From positions 69,812,001-69,876,000 of the forward strand of contig OZ024747.1 of NCBI GenBank assembly GCA_964016885.1: 64,000 nucleotides of DNA. Reading direction: 5' to 3'. Origin of the DNA: Eledone cirrhosa (Eukaryota). The notes under the pieces were generated by a model. That model was not told the origin of the DNA, made no database searches, and saw only the letters and a list, made by a program, of their open reading frames with translations. Each line of letters starts with the position of its first letter. Positions within the stretch are counted from its first letter, which is position 1. Of this stretch, positions 60,301-64,000 are shown in pieces. The position numbers were made by a program, and so were the translations under genes.

Positions 60301-61599
60301 TGTTCATGCTAGACAATGCTTTACCATATTCATATTACTAAGCTTTGAGGGCTTGCAAAGATTATAGGCATGTTCTCTCTTCTTGTGACTATCTTCTAAA
60401 AGAAGAAATGTAAAGCTTTCAAAGCCTATCATTTTAAAATATATTAACCACAACTGATCCCACATATGAAGAATAAGTAAAGTGAAATGACTTAGCAAGG
60501 AATTGAACCTGTATCATGTGTCACTGAATCAGCTCATTAGAATCTCACCAACACTATAATTTACAGCCTTATTATTGTTCTCACACAAAGCTGCAAGAAA
60601 TATCAAGAGAGAAAAACAGGAATAATTGGAGGAATAAATATTTCCTTGCTTTTAGACGACAGAAAATGTTATTTTTCACATCAGAATTGATGAGAAGTAC
60701 TAAATTTTCTCCATCTAATCATATTTCTTGTAGACAGATTTTAATGTTTTTAATTTCCTTTTTCTTTTAAATTCAACTTAATTTCCACCTGACCCAAATT
60801 ACAGGTCAATTTGAATCACCTTAGAAAAAGCCATTAAAAGATTATTCTGTGAGTTCTATCATTTCTCATGATTTTCATCTCACACCCAATTCAGCAAGAC
60901 AAGTTGACATCTTAATGAACTGTAATACTCTGTAGATATACAGGAAAATGAAGAGAGAAAACCTGCCACAATACTCTGCACTGTCACTCCCAAATGTATC
61001 CCACCATTTCTATTTAGTTATAAAAATATTCGCAAATTGATATTTGTTTGTGAAACTTCTAATGTTATAAATGAAATTATGTACAATCAGATCACATTAA
61101 AGTCATCTTTGATCCCACACACAGTGCACTTACAGAGCAAAAACATGTAAAACTATTGAAAGCAAATGCATCTTTTACAAGCACCAATTTGTTGAATTTA
61201 TAAACCGATGGTCTGTGAATAATATTTATAAATATATTATAAAAATATTGGTTCGCGATGAGTAAGACTGTAGAAAGCTTGTGTAGACATATAAAATGAC
61301 TGATTCTTTGAATACAGAATTTAAAAACCCATTGTTTAGTGCATTGCATTAACACACCAGACTGACAAGAGTTCCATAAAGTGACATTTCTCAGAGTGTT
61401 TGGAAGTAGATGTTTAGGAAGAAAAGCACCATATAGATTGTATAATGAGGGAGTATCTGGGTGTTTAATCTATCAGCCAAATTTCCTTCGAATCACAACT
61501 TATGTCTTATATGAGAAAACATTACATTTGATAAGGATAAAAAAAGATCTGAAAATTATTATAACTGTCGTACAGAGTAGATGGAAAATGGACCAGAGA

Positions 61600-62200
61600 A
61601 TTTAGTCATCTGCCAAGTCACAATAAGGATAGATAATACTTTCCTGAAAATGTGCACAGTGCCAAGCAAGGTTAAATTTTGTATGACATCTGTCTTACAT
61701 GGTCTTCCCAACCACTTTAAAAAGACTTGGAGTTTCAATAGGATTGACCCTAATGTCTCTATTACCACTGGTAACACTTTCAGATTACTCTCTCACATTA
61801 CAAACAGTATTGCCATTTTCAATTTCAATTTGGAATACTTGGTGATTGTTTTCAAACTCTTTACATTGGTGTGACTAAGTCTAAGATCTGACAGTATTTA
61901 TCTTTCTTGTTCAATACGACATTGTCTGGTTGGCAAATCTCAATTACTCTATCAGACTGGAGATCATAATCCCAGAATATCATTGCTTTCATAGCTTGCT
62001 GCATTACTTTATGTGTGTCTTTTATTTTTTCTGCACATAAAACATTGGCTGGAGATACTCATTTGCATATAATGCGAACTTGATAGACTAAGCAAAAAAT
62101 ATATAAGCTTTAGCTCGTTTCTGTCTCTGTTCCAAGTAAGTAAATATCACATATGATGGATAAAAATCCCCAAACATGCATATCACTGGCTACTGAGACA
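61600..62200 (-). mobile_element. Dong/R4-like LINE C-terminal restriction-like endonuclease, degraded
   Basis: QPDNVVLNKKDK..ILDLVTP..KYSKL..VLPVVIETLG..IQNLTLLGTVHIFRKVL resembles the PD..D..K/VIGALG/LLGTAHILRKVL signature of R4-clade REL domains. Confidence 0.75.
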
Positions 62201-63011
62201 GCTGAAAGATGATCCTAACTTAAGATAATCATAGCAAAATACGTGTGTGCTTATTATACATAGACATATCATATATGTCTTAATATACACCCTATTATGA
62301 ACCATGCTATGTTAGTGGTACTTGTAATTAATCTTAGACTGTCAAGTTTGCACTATATGCAAAGAAGCATTGCCAAGTCATATGCAGGAGCTTGTGGAAG
62401 TAGCAGCACACACAGATACACACACAGACACTAAAACATGCATGTGCAGACCATATAAACACCCCAAAAAGACAAGATGTAGTAAATACATCAAAATTAA
62501 AACAAAGAGGAGACACAAAGATGCTAAACCAATCATTGAGAATAGTACAGAATCTGTAACAATACAGCTTTAACAATTAAATATGACAATCAAGTAAACA
62601 TCTGATTACTAAACTAACCAAGGAATGGATTAGTTATCTAACTAATGATAAAACTGAAGTCAAAATCAATTGGAGTATGCATGGTTTTATTGTCAGCCTG
62701 ACCCTCCCAAAGTATAACTATAACTATATATATTTATATGTATATATTTATATATATTTACATATATTTACATACATATGCACAAGCACACACACACATA
62801 CAATTTTACAGGGTTTTAAACAGCACTATCAGGTTAAAATGTATTAAGTCAAAAATATTGCAAAAGCTTCTATTTCTACTAAATTTCAAACTTGGCTTGC
62901 TGTTTCAAAACAAATTTGCTTTGTATATATGTATTGTTCAAAATGACAAACAAACAAATGCAGGACTCAATTGTACAGTGTTATTAGTTTCACGCTTGGT
63001 GAAAATGGGGG

Positions 63012-64000
63012 AGGTTACGACGTTTCAGACATAAGTCCTTTATCAGGAAAGTAAGGAGCAGAAGTGTCTGGCGATGGGGGGAAATGAGCCGAGGCGGATG
63101 TCGCTGAGGTGTTCGGCAGACTGGTCAGCCAGACAGAGTCCGGTCTGTCCAACATAGAACGCCGCACCACACTCTGTGCAGTAGAGTCCATAGGCAAGGC
63201 TGGAAGAGGTGCAGTGAAAGGAATGCTGGACAGAGAGGGAGTGACCATTGGGTCCCTGGAAGGTAGTGGTATTGGTGATGTAGGGGCATGTGTGGCAGTG
63301 GGATCGGGAGCAGGGAAGGGATCCAGGGGAGGAATGACAGTTGGGGGGGTAGGGAGCTGTGTACGAGGAGGTTGCAGAAGTTACGTGCATCTTTGAAGGA
63401 GGGGAAGTAGGAAGATGGGGGAGGTAGATAGGTCTGATCGAGGTGTCGGAAGAGGTGAAGGATAGTTTGTTGGAGGGGTAGGGTGGCTGGGTGGTAGGCG
63501 AGGGTGAAAGGGAGATGGTGGGTGGGTGGGGTGAGAGCAATGGTATGGCGGACAGTGCAGGCACAGATGAAATGACAGATCAGAGAAAGTTCCTGGGTCT
63601 CAAAGTCCACATCTCAGCTGCAAAGGAGGCGGATCTGGAGAAGTTGGGAGTAGGGAATGGAGTGTTTGGTGTGAGTGTAGTGGAAGGAATTAAAGTCGAG
63701 ATAGGAGTGGGAATCTAAGGGCTGAAGAAAGTGAAGGTGATGAGTGAGTGGTGGGAGGGGTTGATGGTGACAGAGATGTCCAAGAAGTGGACGGAGTGTG
63801 TGGAGATGGAGGTGGTGAAGTTTATGGAGGGATGGAAGGAGCAGAGGAAAGAGAGAAAGGAGTCGAGCTGCTCTCAGGTGAAAGCCGTAGACCCGATACA
63901 GTCATCAATATAACGATCATATAGTTCGGGGCTGGGACCAGTGTACTGGACAAAGATCTGAGCCTCAACATGGCCAATGAAAAGATTGGCATAGTTGGGG
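63012..64000 (-). mobile_element. Penelope-like element (RT C-terminal part plus GIY-YIG), degraded; runs off the window end
   Basis: PNYANLFIGHVE..RYIDDC..FHPSINFT..FLDI (PLE RT); CSRSHCHTC, YGLYCTECGAAFYVGQTG..EH..IARHF (GIY-YIG); HHR relic at 63015-63050. Confidence 0.92.

Overview
AT-rich eukaryotic non-coding DNA with no confidently supported host gene. Dense (TA)n/(CA)n/(GAT)n microsatellites, tRNA-derived SINEs and RTE LINEs with (GAT)n tails suggest an octopod cephalopod; this is inference, not a database result. The window is a mosaic of retroelement pieces separated by (TA)n tracts: a 2.7-kb 5'-truncated RTE LINE (36659-39394) plus older RTE fragments, two abundant SINE families, Penelope-like (GIY-YIG) elements, Dong/R4-, CRE- and Tx1/L1-like 3' fragments, an hAT MITE with an 8-bp TSD and several foldbacks. 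The most notable signal is about 20 hammerhead ribozyme (HHR) motifs from several short repeat families. They include a complete type I HHR in a 166-nt tandem unit resembling a retrozyme monomer (36317-36508), and HHRs directly downstream of both GIY-YIG fragments. HHRs in Penelope elements and retrozymes are already known in animals; whether these particular families are undescribed needs database checks. Most ORF-track entries are microsatellite artefacts. Repeat boundaries were read by eye and are approximate.
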